From: Azolla caroliniana
Lineage: Eukaryota > Plantae > Polypodiophyta
Assembly (NCBI GenBank): GCA_043228905.1
Contig: JBHGNT010000020.1
Span: 11,036,001 to 11,100,000 of the forward strand
Reading direction: 5' to 3'
DNA length: 64,000 nucleotides
Shown: one piece after another, positions 26,056 through 39,600 of the stretch
Layout of the letters: each line of letters opens with the position of its first letter
Position numbering within the stretch: the first letter of the stretch is position 1
Position numbers and translations under genes: made by a program
The notes under the pieces: model-generated
The model's input: only the letters and a program-made list of their open reading frames with translations
Told to the model about the DNA's origin: nothing
Database searches by the model: none

Positions 26056-28986
26056 AGATAGAGATAGGGATAGAGAGAGAGAGAGAGAGTATATGCAAGG
26101 TTAAGTATATTAACAAAGGAGATAGACACAACATTATACAAGGTGGGAGGTGGGTGCTTTATGTAGTCACCCTCTCTCTTCATTAACTACAAGAATCATG
26201 GAGCATGGGGAATGTGAAAGCTCATAAGTTATGTGTCATAGAATATGATTCTATGACTCATACTAAATGCTAGAATTCAAAGTGGTGACATAATGGTGAC
26301 TCTTGACCGTTGGAGTGTCTCTTCACTCTCAAGGTGAGTTCACACACTAGAACAAGTTGAGCTTGATTCTCAACACGCCCCCTCAAGCTCAAGTCGGGTC
26401 GGTTTCAAACGGTATCCGAAATTCGCTTCAACTCGAGTTCCGGAGTCCGCGTCGACTCGCGTAGACTCGCTTTATGCGGAGTTGCGGAATCCGTGCTCCA
26501 GCTTGCGTTGTGCGTAGTTACGAAGTCTATGCTTCGGCTTGCGTGCGTAGTTGCGAAGTCTGTGCATCAGCTTGCATCTTTCTTCGCGGCTTTGCGCGGT
26601 AGATCGGCTCTTCGCTACTTCGTTGCATGGTTGCGGAATCCACGCGTTATTGCGTAGTGACTTTAGTACTCCCCCTCAAGCTTGGCAGGTCAGGGATTGT
26701 CAATCCGAGATCGGTTATGAATTGCCATAGCTTGTCGGCTCCTAAGGCTTTAGTGAAGATGTCGGCCTTCTGAAGATTGGTGCTAATGTGTTGCAGGTTG
26801 ACATCGCCAACTAGAACGCGCTCTCGGATGAAGTGATAGTGCACTTCGATGTGCTTTGTCCGCGCATGGAACACTGGGTTCCGAGCCATATAGATACTGC
26901 TCATGTTGTCGCAGTAAAGGGGAGTCGGATCCTCGATGGGTACGCCCAGATCCTTCAAAATCCTCTTAAGGCATACAGCTTCACATGCGGCCACTGCCAC
27001 GCCCCTGTGCTCGAAAGAGCGACGATTGGTTGCTTTTTGCTGCTCCAGGATATTACTCTACTGCCGAGGGAGAAAACAAATCCGGAGGTTGATCTTCTAT
27101 CGGCTTTGTAGCCAGCCCAATCAGCGTTTGTGTACCCCTCGAGTCGTATTGGCATCGCGGTCTTGTAGAGGATGCCGCAATCCATTGTGCCACTCACGTA
27201 TCGTAGAACTCGCTTAGCGCAATCCAAGTGAGTATCATGCGGTGTTTGCATGAATTGGCTAAGGAGACCGACTGGATAATTGAGATCGGGTCGTGTGATC
27301 GTGAGGTAGATCAGACTCCCGATGAGTTGCCGATACTGAGTCGGCTCACACGCTTTGGTGCCGGAGTTCACATCGAGTTTGAGATTGCGATCGAGCGGGG
27401 TTGCCGCGGATTTGCACTCCACCATACCGAACTTGTATAACAAGTTGAGGATGTAGTGCCGTTGAGAAATCATGATTTCGGCCGGAGTCCGAATAACCTC
27501 GATGCCGAGGAAGTAGTGGAGCTCCTTCATGTCCGTCATCTTGAACTTGTCAAAAAGGAGGGATTTGACCTTATTGATTTCGACGAGATGCTCACCTCCA
27601 ATAACTAGTTCATCCACATATAAGATGATGACGATCGGACTTGCGGAATCGCTTCGTATGTAGAGGGAGTTGTCTGATTTTGACATACAGAAGCCGATAT
27701 TATGAAGATATTGCGTTATCTTCGAGTGCCAAGCACGCGGTGCTTGCTTGAGGCCGTAGAGAGGCTTCTTGAGTCGGCAAACAACTTTCGGATGGGTGCT
27801 CGAGTTGAAGCCGGGTGGTTGTATCATGTACACCTCTTCTAATTCTCCTTGTAGAAAGGCGTTCTTGATGTCCATTTGATGGAGGTGCCACCCTTTCACC
27901 GCGGCAAACGCAATTACGGTCCGCACCGTTGTCATCTTTGCCACCGGGGCAAAGGTCTCTTTGTAGTCGACGCCATGCGTCTGAGTGTATCCTTTCGCTA
28001 CTGGTCGAGCTTTGTAGCGGTTTACGGAGCCATCGACGTTATACTTCACCTTGTAGATCCATCTGCATCCGATCGCCTTTTTGTGTGGTGAGGTGGGAAC
28101 GAGATCCCACGTCTCGTTCTTCCATAGTGCCTGCATCTCCTCGTTCATTGCTTTGATCCATCGCAGGTCCTTTGCGGCTTCCGAAAAGGTTTCCGGCTCC
28201 CGTACTGTCGCTACCTTCATCATAAAGGCGTAATGGTACGCCATATAATCGTTGTAGCCAAATCGGCTTATGGGGTTCTTTTCACAAGTGGATCGGCGGG
28301 GCTTTTCATTTGCAGAGATGAGGGCTTTCTTAGCTCCGATTGGTACATCGAAGCCGCCGAACTCACTGTCGAGTGAGTGAGTCCACTCATCGTCGTTGAA
28401 GCGACCGTCTTCGTATTCCAACATTTTCGCCTTGCCTTTGTCCATCTTCGGGCTAGGCCGTGATGTGCTTTGATCGCTCAAAGGCTCTTGTGGTCCGCTC
28501 AATCGGGTTGTGATCGGACTTTCTTCGAATATGCGCATAAGGCGATCTTTATCCTCGATCTCTTGTTCGGCGAATTCTGGGTCGAGTGGAGTCGGAGTCG
28601 GAGTTGTCTCTGGTGCGTACCAGTATGCGGACTCGTCAAAAACGACGTCTCGACTTACTCGAGATTTTCGAGTTGAGGGGTTGTAGCACTTGTACCCCTT
28701 TTGCTCCAATGAGTATCCTACAAGGATACATTTCTCCGACTTCGGGTCAAGCTTTTGACGCTTCTCGTCGGGTATGTGCACGTATGCTATCGCACCAAAT
28801 ATCCGGATGTGCGATAAGTCCGGCTTCTTTCCGAAGTATTTTTCATGCGGAGTGACCTCGTGCACGGCGGATGTTGTGCACCGGTTCATTAGGTAGACGG
28901 CTGTATTTGCAGCTTCGGCCCAATATGACTTGGGCATATGCTTCTTGTTCATCATGGCCCACGCTACTTCGAGGATGTGCCGATTT

Positions 28987-31900
28987 TGACAGGAACTACG
29001 CGCTCCCGATGAACAACGCTCGGCCACAACCAAGCTTAGAATCAAACACAGAAAGACGGGAATGAATGCACGACACAAAGGAGAGAAGAGTACACAGGAT
29101 GTTTAACGTGGAAAACCCTGAGAGGGAAAAAACCATGGGAGTCCACAGACTCCAAACTATCACTATATCACAATGATTACAACAGTGAGCTCACGGAGGC
29201 AATGACCTTGTGCTCACGATCTTCGCCACAGGCGGCGGTGACAACAGAGGCAACGACCTCTTCCTCTCTCTCTCTCTGTACACTGTTGCGCTCTAATCTT
29301 GCGCCAACAAGAATGACAACTACATTCACTGAGTTTGCCCTAAGTCATATTTATACTAAAATGACTTTTTGGCTATTTACAAATATAGCCCCGATAGACT
29401 CTCAGAAACATATTTACGAATATGTCCCTTCATCCGGTGAGCACTCCTCACCGGGCCCGCATCATCCGGCGCTTGCCGGGTACTCATCATCCGGTTCTCA
29501 CCAGGTCTTCCGTTGCCAGGTACTTCACATCCGGTTCTCACCGGGTCTTCCGTTGCCGGGTACTCCTCATCCGGTTCTCACCGGGTCATCCCATTCGGAG
29601 GGACCTGTTTCCTAACAAACTCCCCTTCACTCCGGCATGGGATGTCTTAGTAGTCCGACCCGCTTCCGACATGCATCCAGCTTGTCAGGTGTCAGTACTT
29701 TGGTTAGCATATCTGACCCGTTCTCGGCCATGTGGATCTTCGTCACCGCGAACTCCTGGTCATCTACTCTTTCCCGGATCCAGTGATACCTACGCTGGAT
29801 ATGCTTCGTCCGGGAATGGTAGGCCGCATTCTTAGCAAGGTGGATGGCACTTTGACTATTGCAATAGAGCCGGAATTCATCTTGCCGGATACCGAGCTCT
29901 CCGATGAAGTCCTTCATCCATAATATTTCCTTGCCGGCTTCCACAGCCGCCATGTACTCCGCTTCCATGGTTGACAACGCAACCGTCTTCTGCAGCCTCG
30001 ACTGCCATGAAACAGCTCCCCCTGCATATGCCATTACATACCCGGATGTAGACCAGCTGGTATCCACATCAGCCGACATGTCCGAATCGGTAAACCGTCA
30101 AGTTGAGGTTTACCGGAGCCGAATCAGAGACACATATTTGAAGTTCCCTTCAAGTACCGGAGTATCCATTTGATTGCGTTCCAGTGCTCCTTGCCGGGAT
30201 TGCTCATAAACCGGCTCACCTCTCCGACTACATATCCTATATCCGGTCGGGTACACACCATTGCGTACATTAAGCTCCCGACGGCAGAGGCATATGGAAC
30301 CTTCATCATATCCGCCTTCTCTGCTTTCGTCTTCGGGCTTTGCTTACTGGATAACCTGCAGTTTGCCGGAAGTGTCGATCCGACCGGTTTCGTATCTGAC
30401 ATGTTGAACCGCTAAAGCACCTTTGTCACGTACTTCTCCTGTGACAGCCACAATTGCTTCGTTGGCCGGTTCCAGATGATATGCATCCCCAACATCTGTC
30501 TTGTCGAACCCAAGTCTTTCATTGAGAAGGTCTGGTTGAGAGCCTTCTTCAGCATCCGTATTTTGGCTTGGTCCCGTTCGACGATCAACATGTTGTCCAC
30601 GTACAGAAGGAGTATCAGGAAGTCGCCTCCTTCGAACTTCTTCACAAACACACAGTGATCGGCCTGCGTCTTGTGGTACCCTTGATCGGTCATGAAGGAG
30701 TCGAACTTCCGGTACCATTGTCGAGGAGCCTGCTTCAGTCCGTACATGCTCTTCTTCAACCGGCAAACCAGTTGCTCCTTCCCTTTCTCCATGAATCCTT
30801 CCGGTTGTTGCATGTAGATCTCCTCTTCGAGGTCACCGTGAAGGAATGCCGTCTTCACGTCCAGCTGCTCTACCTCGGGGTCCATGCTTGCCGCTATACT
30901 CAGCACCGTCCGGATGGAGGTCATCTTTACAACCGGGGCAAATATCTCGTCAAAGTCCACGCCCTTCTTCTGCTGGAACCCCTTCACCACGATCCTGGCT
31001 TTGTATCTTGGGGGGTTGCCGGCATCTCCCGGTTTCAACTTGTACACCCACTTGTTTCGGAGTACCCGCTTTCCTTTCGGCAACTCCACCAATTCGTACG
31101 TATGGTTCTCATGCAAGGAATCCATCTCATCCTGCATGGCACTTAACCATTTTCGGCTGTGGGTATCATCCTTCGCTTCTTTGAAGCTTTCTGGCTCCCC
31201 CTCATCGGTTAGCAGCACATGCTTTGCATCCGGAAATCTCCGGGGGGCCCTTCTCTCTATGAGAGGATATCTCCGTCTCTGGGCTTCGGTAACCGACTCC
31301 TCCATTTGCTCTTCATCTGAATCCGATTCGGGGCCTTGGCCGGTTCCGGTTTCAGCTTCCTCTACTTCTTCTTCTGCCGGTTCGATATTCTCACCGTAAC
31401 CAGCTGGTTCCTTGAGTGCTAACTAGTCTCTTGCCGGTTGAGTCGGCTCATTGTAGAATCGATCCTTACCGGTCGACTCAGAGTTCATTATCTTCTTCTC
31501 CGACTCCCAGTCGGCGAGCGTCTTGTCCTCCATGAAGATAATATCTCGACTCCGGAATACCTTCTTGTCGACCAGGTCCCACACTCGGTAGCCGAACTCA
31601 TTGTCGTCGTAATCGAGGAATATGCATGGCCGGGTCTTTGGATCTAACTTTCCTCTCTAGTCCTTAGCTACATGCACGTACGCGAGACACCCGAACACCT
31701 TCAGATGCCGGTAAGACACTTCGTTACCGGTCCACACTCTCTGCGGCGTGTCTCCGTCCAAGGGTACTGAGGGTGATCTGTTTATCACACATGTCGCCGT
31801 CGACAGTGCCTCAGCCCAAAATTTCTTGGGTAGTTTTGCATGCGCCAGCATACTCCGGACCCTCTCCATTATGGTCCGGTTCATCCTCTCGGCCAGCCCG

Positions 31901-33956
31901 TTTAGTTCCGGCGTCTTCGGCACGGTAAATTCGAGCCAGATTCCCTTCGAGCGATAGTACTCCTCGAACTGCCTCCAATATTCACCTCCGTTATCTGCTC
32001 GAACCGCCTTCAGCTTCCGGCCGGTTTCTCTTTCCACTCTCGCGTGGAGCTCTTTGAAGACGGATAACACCTGATCCTTCGTCTTCAATGGTGTGGCCCA
32101 CAGCTTCCGGCTGTGGTCATCTATGAACGTCACGAAGTACTGCGATCCAGCATGTGACTTCGTGTCCACTTGACATACATCAGTATGCACCAACTCCAGT
32201 GGTGCATTACGTCTCATCGGTAGCCTCGATCGGAAGGAGGTCCGGTTTTGTTTACCGGCCAGACAGTCAGTGCACTTCTCCAAGTGCACGTTCTTCACTG
32301 GAATGAGGTTGTCGTCTACAAGCCTCTTCATCCCCTTCTTGCTCATGTGACACAACCTCTTGTGCCATAGCTCACTGGCAGTGTCGGATGCCACATTCAC
32401 TTCCTCCGGACATAACCGGGCATTCATCAGGTACAATGTGTTTACCTTCTAGGCCCGAGCCACAATCAGGCTCCCTTTGCTGAACTTCATAACACCGTTC
32501 CGGATGCTACATGTGTAGCCTTCATCATCTAGCCGACCGACTGATATTAGGTTCAGACGAACCTCCGGAATGTGTCGGACATCCTTCAGCAACAGCTTGC
32601 ATCCGGTTGGTGTTGTCAACCACACGTCTCCTATGCCAACAATTCGGCATGTACCTTCATTCCCCATCCAGACACAACCGTGATCACCGGCTGAGTAGGA
32701 TGAGAAGCATTTCCAGTCCGGGGTAAGGTGGAATGACGCTCCGGAGTCGACCACCCAGGTCATCTCGTCGCCGGCAAGGTTTAGCTCACTCTCCTCGGTG
32801 ATGAGCATCAACTCTTCTTCACTTGCCGCGATTGTCGTCGTTCCCTTTCAGTCCGGCCCCCTCCGGTCTTTACCGTTCCGGTCCAGTGTCCGCTTTAAAT
32901 CGGTACCGTCAGTTTCCTTGTCTTTTCGGAAATGCCGACAGTTCTTCTGGAAGTGTCCCAGCTTGCTGCAATAGAAGCAAGTAGGCCTCCCCCTTGACTT
33001 TGACCGTGTCCCCGACTTTTCCCGGTTCTAGGGACTACGGTTCCTTTGTCTTCCACGTTCCGATTCAGTAAGGAGCGCTTTGGAGTCGGAGCTCGTATCC
33101 TTATCTTTCCGATGTGCCTCCTCATCTAGCAAGCTCGACTTCACTCTTGCTAGGGATAACCGTTTCCCTTCCGGCCCGGCGTTGCCCAAAGTGACAACCA
33201 ACGTCTCCCAGCTATCCGGGAGGGAACCAAGCAGGAGTAGCGCTAGTACCTCATCGGCGAGAGGTACTTCCAATGATGTTGCCTAGTGTATCAGCCCCTA
33301 GAAGGCATTTATGTGCTCCGGCATGCTGGAGCCATCTTGGTACCGGAGTCTTACTAGCTTTCGGAATACCGAAACCTGGTTAACAACATTTTTGTTCTGA
33401 AACATAATGCCGATCTTCTCCCAGAGCTCATGAGTCTTGCTCTCTTCATTGAAGTTGTTGTAAAGGCTCATGTCGATGAAGCACCATATGTACGCCGTTG
33501 TCTTCATGTGCATCACCTCCCATATCGCGGCGTCGATTTTGTCCGGTCTCTTGTCCCCGAACTGAACCGACAACCAAAGATCTTTAACCACGAGCATGTC
33601 CCTCATCTTCGACTTCCACACGAAATAGTTGGAGCCTGTGAGCTTGAACATGCCTCCCAACGATTCGTCCATTTTCTGTGTCGTTTTGCTCTGATACCAC
33701 TTGACAGGAACTACGCGCTCCCGATGAACAACGCTCGGCCATAACCAAGCTTAGAATCAAACATAGAAAGATGGGAATGAATGCATGACACAAAGGAGAG
33801 AAGAGTACACCCTGAGAGGGAAAAAACCACGGGAGTCCACAGACTCCAAACTATCACTATATCACAATGATTACAACAGTGAGCTCACGGAGGCAACGAC
33901 CTCGTGCTCACGATCTTCGTCACAGGTGGTGGTGACAACAGAGGCAATGACCTCTT

Positions 33957-33990
<34 letters not shown>

Positions 33991-34377
33991 CACTGTTGCG
34001 CTCTAATCTTGCTCCAACAAGAATGACAACTACATTCACTAAGTTTGCCCTAAGTCATATTTATACTAAAATGAATTTTCGGCTATTTACAAATATAGCC
34101 CCGATGGACTTTTAGAAACATATTTACGAGTATGTCCCTTCATCCGGTGAGCACTCCTCACCGGGCCCGCATCATCCGGCGCTTGCCGGGTACTCATCAT
34201 CCGGTTCTTACCGGGTCTTCCGTTGCCGGGTACTTCACATCCGGTTCTCACCGGGTCTTCACCATCTGACGCTTGCCGGGTACTCATCATCTGGTTCTCA
34301 CTAGGTCTTCCGTTGCCGAGTACTCCTCATCCGGTTCTCACCACGTCATCCCATCCGGAGGGACCTGTTTCCTAACA
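28987..34377 (-). mobile_element. Complete but mutated Tnt1/Tork-like copia D, GATTT TSD, nested in the integrase of C
   Basis: LTRs 33702-34377 and 28987-29617; PBS 33688-33699; PPT 29618-29630; GATTT at 28982-28986 and 34378-34382. gag-pol broken by several stops. C's ...VAERK|NRHIL is split at the insertion. Confidence 0.96.
34140..34345. repeat. ~40-bp tandem repeats in the U3 of the copia D LTR (also 29430-29590)
   Basis: gccgggtactcatcatccggttctcaccgggtcttccgtt variants; the 5' LTR has one more unit than the 3' LTR. Confidence 0.85.
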
Positions 34378-36600
34378 GATTTTTGCGCTCAGCTACTCCG
34401 TTTTGTTGCGAAGTGTGTCGGCAAGTGAATTCTCGCCGAATTCCTTCCTTTCGGAGATACGCCGTGAAATCGTTCAAGAAGTACTCCTTGCCGCCATCCG
34501 ATCGAAGGCATCGGACATGTCGACCCGTGGCTTTCTCGACTTCATTCTTGAAATTTTGGAAGTGTCCGAACACTTCGCTCTTTTGCCGCATCGGGTAGAT
34601 CCAAGTGTGATTAGAGAAGTCATCGATGAAGAGCACGTAATATCGGCATCCGCCGAATGTAGCCGTCTGCGCCAGTCCCCATACGTCAGAATGGACTAAG
34701 TCGAGTAGACCTTTGCTCACGTTCCGCTCTTTCGGGGATGGGTGTCAGTGTTGCTTGCCGAATTGGCCCGCTTCGCATACACCTTCAATCTCCTTCTCTT
34801 TGAATGTCGGGAGTCCGATGATGACTCCTTTCGATTTCATTGCTTTGAGTTTGTTGAGATTGATGTGGCCGATTCACTTGTGTCATAGCTCTATGTCGGA
34901 GTCGGCTTTCGTGTTTTTCGCGAACATGGCGGATTTCATCTCGCATGAATCGAGAATGAACATCCGGCCCTCTCTTCGTTCGCGTGCGATGAGTCGGCCC
35001 TCTTTTCCGATGAAGCAACCACCTTGATTAAATCGAACTTGCATCCCTTGCTCTACAATTTGGCCGACGGAGACCAAATTCTTCGTAATGGTCGGTACAT
35101 GCAAGACATTTTTAATGTAATTTTTCTTACCTTCTTTTCCGAACAAAACATTGCCAATGTGCCGAATCGGGTGCGTAGTGTCGTCTCCGGTTTCGACATA
35201 GCCGGGTCGGTCTGGCTCTTGAAGTTCTCGGAACCATTCTTGATGTGATGTCATATGGTTCGAGGCACCGGAATCGACGAACCATATGTCTTCCGAACCA
35301 GAGGCACTAGTTGAGGTAGCGGCTGACATAGAGTTTGCTCTATGTTTCATCATGAACATTCCACCACGGTCAGAGTTGTGCGCATACATTCCACCACGAT
35401 CTTCGTAATCGGAGTTGTGCCCGTAAATTTCGCCACGGTCGGAGTTGTGTGCATACATTCTGCCACGATCTTCATAGTCGGAGTTGTGTGCGTAATTTGT
35501 GAGTTGTCGGCTTGTGGAAGCCGATTCACGCGTCTTCTTTCGGCACTCTTCTTCGTGGTGGCCGAGCTTTCCGCAATATCCGCATTCGGTCGCGTTTTGA
35601 CGGCTCGACACGGAGTGGAAGCTCCCACTTCTTGTGAAGGTTCCTCGTTGGCCTCCATTTTGCGGACGAAATTGGGAGTTGTTGTCGTAGGTCGGACCTC
35701 GTCCGCCTTGTCCTTGCCCGAATCGGCCTCTCGCTCATCTACGTCCTCTTCCTCCATTAGAGTGCGTGTAGAGCATGTGGCCTTCCGACTCATTGCTCCT
35801 TGTACGCACGTGGTTTTCTTTGACCAATAGCATTGATTGGAGCTCGAAGAAGGAGGGAGATTTCTCCCATGCTAGAACGGCGGTTCGCATCACGCCGAAC
35901 CATGGTGCGATGCCGCCAAGGCATATTTGCACCATCTCATCATCATCTATACTTACGCTCATTGAGTCGAACGAGTCGCAAAGCTCCTTGATCTTCAAGG
36001 TGTATGTCGTGATGGACATGTCCCTTTGTTGAATGTTGTTCAACTCTTGGTGAAGTTGAAGCTTCCTCACGGTCATGTTGGCGGCGAAAATCTTTCGTAG
36101 ATTTTCCGACGCTTCCTTCGGTGTCTTGGCTTCTCGAATGTAACCGAGCATGTGGTCGTGAACACATGTCGCCAAACAATACATCACGCAGCTTGCGGCT
36201 TGCTCCCATGTCGCGTATCCGGGAGCCGCTTCGTCGGGTCGGTCTTCATGTGCTCCTTTGATGTAGCTCCAATAGCCTTGTCCGAAAAGGTATTGGTGCA
36301 TCTTGTACTCCCAAGATGAGAAGTTTTTTCGATCCAACTTCTTGGTAGGGAGAGCGCTCCCCATTTGAGTATTCATTATGTCGATTCTTCTTCTTCTTCT
36401 TCTCTCTTTGAATGCGAGCTATGTAGCGAAGCTACGATAGCTATGAGCCGGTTCTTGGTCGTCGGCGTAGAGCACAACACACGATCACGATGAGGCGAAT
36501 GGGCTAGATCGAGCTACCAAATCGCTCTGATACCATGTAAAGAATCAAGAGATGGATTCTTGTGAAGTGGAATAGGTGTGAACTATGTGTGTGTGTGTAT

Positions 36601-36646
<46 letters not shown>

Positions 36647-39600
36647 ATGCAAGGTTAAGTATATTAACAAAGGAGAAAGACACAACATTATACAAGGTGG
36701 GAGGAGGGTGCTTTATGTAGTCACCCTCTCTCTTCATTAACTACAAGACTCATGGAGCATGGGGAATGTGAAAGCTCATAAGTTATGTGTCATAGAATAT
36801 GATTCTATGACTCATACTAAATGCTAGAATACAAAGTGGTGACATAATGGTGACTCTTGACCGTTGGAGTGTCTCTTCACTCTCAAGGTGAGTTCACACA
36901 CTAGACCAAGTTGAGGTTGATTCTCAACAATGGAGAGTGAATTAATAAGACTTAGACAAGAATCATTTGTGGTGAAAGTGGTGGGTAGTCGACTGAATCG
37001 AGCGTTGTTGCGTGACTGGTTGTAGAGCTGCCTACAAGAAGACCTTGGAAGAATGGAAGACATCACATTTGTGGGAAAGGGGTTTTACCATGTCACCGTG
37101 ATGCTTGAAACGAATATATGCAAAATTATCGAGAGGAGCCCATTTACATGGCACAATGCAAGAGCCTATGTATTCAAATGGGATGTAGACTTCGACATGT
37201 GTAAAGCAGATGCTTGTATAGGCAATCTGGTAGTGATAACGACCTTTTCCCTTGGTTTACCTAAGCAATGGGAGTCCTTTCTCCTGTCCATTGGCAAAAA
37301 TATGGGAGGGCAATACTTGGAAAATACATTTGTAGAGAGAATAAGTGAAACGCTGAGGATGAAATTAATTGTCTCTCATGTAAAGGCCCTACCGCAATCG
37401 ATGTTGCTTAGCAACAAACTAATGCCCGACCATGTACAACCAATGGAATATGCTGGACTCTTAGGGCAATGCTTTGTATGTAGACAGATGGGGCATATGG
37501 CCAGAGAATTCCCTAGAGGTAAGGAGACCATGCATCGTAGAAATGGGAAGCAAGGATGGAAAAACACAACAAGTCTGACACAACAGAACAATTTGAGAAT
37601 AAACCATGTAGTGCGTATGAATGAAGATGGATGGAAGTATAAGAACAATAAAGGAAAACAAAAAAGTATGGTCGGACAAGAATGGCCTCCACTTAGCAAC
37701 AAATATGAACTCTTAACCTTAGAGGAAAATGAAAACATAACTAATGAAAGGGAAGCAAGAACGAAGGCATATTCAGAGAGCAACTAATATGTGAAAGTTA
37801 TTAATGATACACATAAATTGCAATAGAAAGACAACTTGTTAGTGGCTAAAACTGATCAGATGCATCATGAATGTAAGGATGAGGTACGAGAAATAAGTAT
37901 TGGAAAGGGTGTAAGCCCCTTGAAAGAGCACGATAAGTCACTGGTAACAACCCAACATATTGAGGGGATAGCAAAAATGAAAAGGCAGATGTGTACTAGA
38001 AAAGAGGAAGAGAATGGGATGGAGAAAAATAAAGGTATGTGTAAATGGCCTAGAGTGAAATGGAATCCTCAATACAAAGTGACCCCCCTATCGAATATCG
38101 GGCAACAGATCAAACTGAAACTAACAGGCAAAAAGTGGTTCAGGGAAATGTGTGGAACTGAGATGAAGAAGGAGTGCATGTGTAAAATCAATATTTATGG
38201 TAATTGTGATGACGAAGGTTAGATCGTTGGACTGTCCTATATGCTGTTCGCTCGAAATAAGGAACCCCACAACAGAGAAGAAGCACTCGGATGGTTGGAA
38301 CAACAAATGGGTGCTCATGTAGACTCAACATATGATACCGCAATAGGTGTGAAAATGAAAAGTACAATGGAAAGATGCCATGATATAGAGCTCAGGAAAG
38401 CAAAATGAGGAAGGAATATGCTACATAAATGTGAAATTTAGAAAGCTTCCTAGAATGATCATGGAGTTCATGGTATACCACCTTGAAATGTTGACATTGG
38501 AAGAGCATAACCTCCAAGATGGGATCTTAGCTAACCTAGTGGAAGTTGAAAATGCATTGGCTGGGCCACAAAAGATGCAGGGTATATGTTGAAATGAATC
38601 TTAGCTTGCTAACATGGAATATACAACGATTTGGTGGCACCTAATTCCAGACGAAGAAGAATGTATTGGTTGCTAAAATTCGGCGATGCACTGAGGCAAT
38701 GATGCATGATGTTATCATGGTGCAAGAGCACACCTAGATGAGGGTAAGATCGACAAAGTTGGAAACATTTTCCCTGGGAGTTGGACCAATACATGATCGA
38801 CAGTTACGGGGGATAGATAGATTCATGGGGGAGTACTTATAGCAATGAAAGCTAAGTATAATGCAACATACATAAGCAGGGGGTGTGTAATAGAGGGTCG
38901 TGTTGTCTATATAAGGATAAAACACAGATATGGACACTTGGGCATACTGAACATATATGCCCCAAATTCAGCTACCGAAAGAAAAGAATTCTGGTTGCAA
39001 TTAGTGGACAAGAAACCGGATGCAAAGTTGTGGATCATTGGAGGAGATTTTAATATGGTGGAGCAACAAGAAGATAGAAGAGGAAATGCAAATGGCATGA
39101 TGCAAGGGGCAGAAAAAAGATGCATGGGATAAGTTTTGTTTAACATATAATGTGATAGAGTGTTGGAAGGCACCTAACTTTTAGATTCAAAAAGAAAAAT
39201 CTCTTCTATACTATAGAGTAGGAGGAAGCGTGCTTGGGAGGACAATGTCTAGGTTGGACAGATGGTATTTGGATTGTTGGCTCATCGATAGGAAAGAAAA
39301 ATGCATAATTTGTCCTGGAACGATGTTCTCAGACCATTCACTAGTTCTGTTGCATATAAAAGAAAACAATTGATGCATGCCAGATAATGTGAAGATGAGC
39401 AAGGAATTGGTTATGGATAACAAATGGATTGATGATATAAGAAGAACATGGTCTAATGTCAAATGGATATATCATGATCCCGCTCATAGGCTGGTTGGGA
39501 AAATTGAGGAATGTGCATGCTTCTTTTAGAAGAAAGCAACTGAAATTAGAACAGAGATGAGGGAGAAACTACAGAGAATGCAATGGACGCTCACTTCTAT

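Larger units (their letters stand above)
25970..36929 (-). mobile_element. Complete Ty1/copia element C (lineage of A/B), ATGGA TSD, containing nested copia D
   Basis: LTRs 36536-36929 (5') and 25970-26375 (3'). PBS 36524-36535; PPT 26376-26390; ATGGA at 25965-25969 and 36930-36934. gag 36376-35735; pol pieces 35611-34378 and 28986-26647. Confidence 0.96.
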
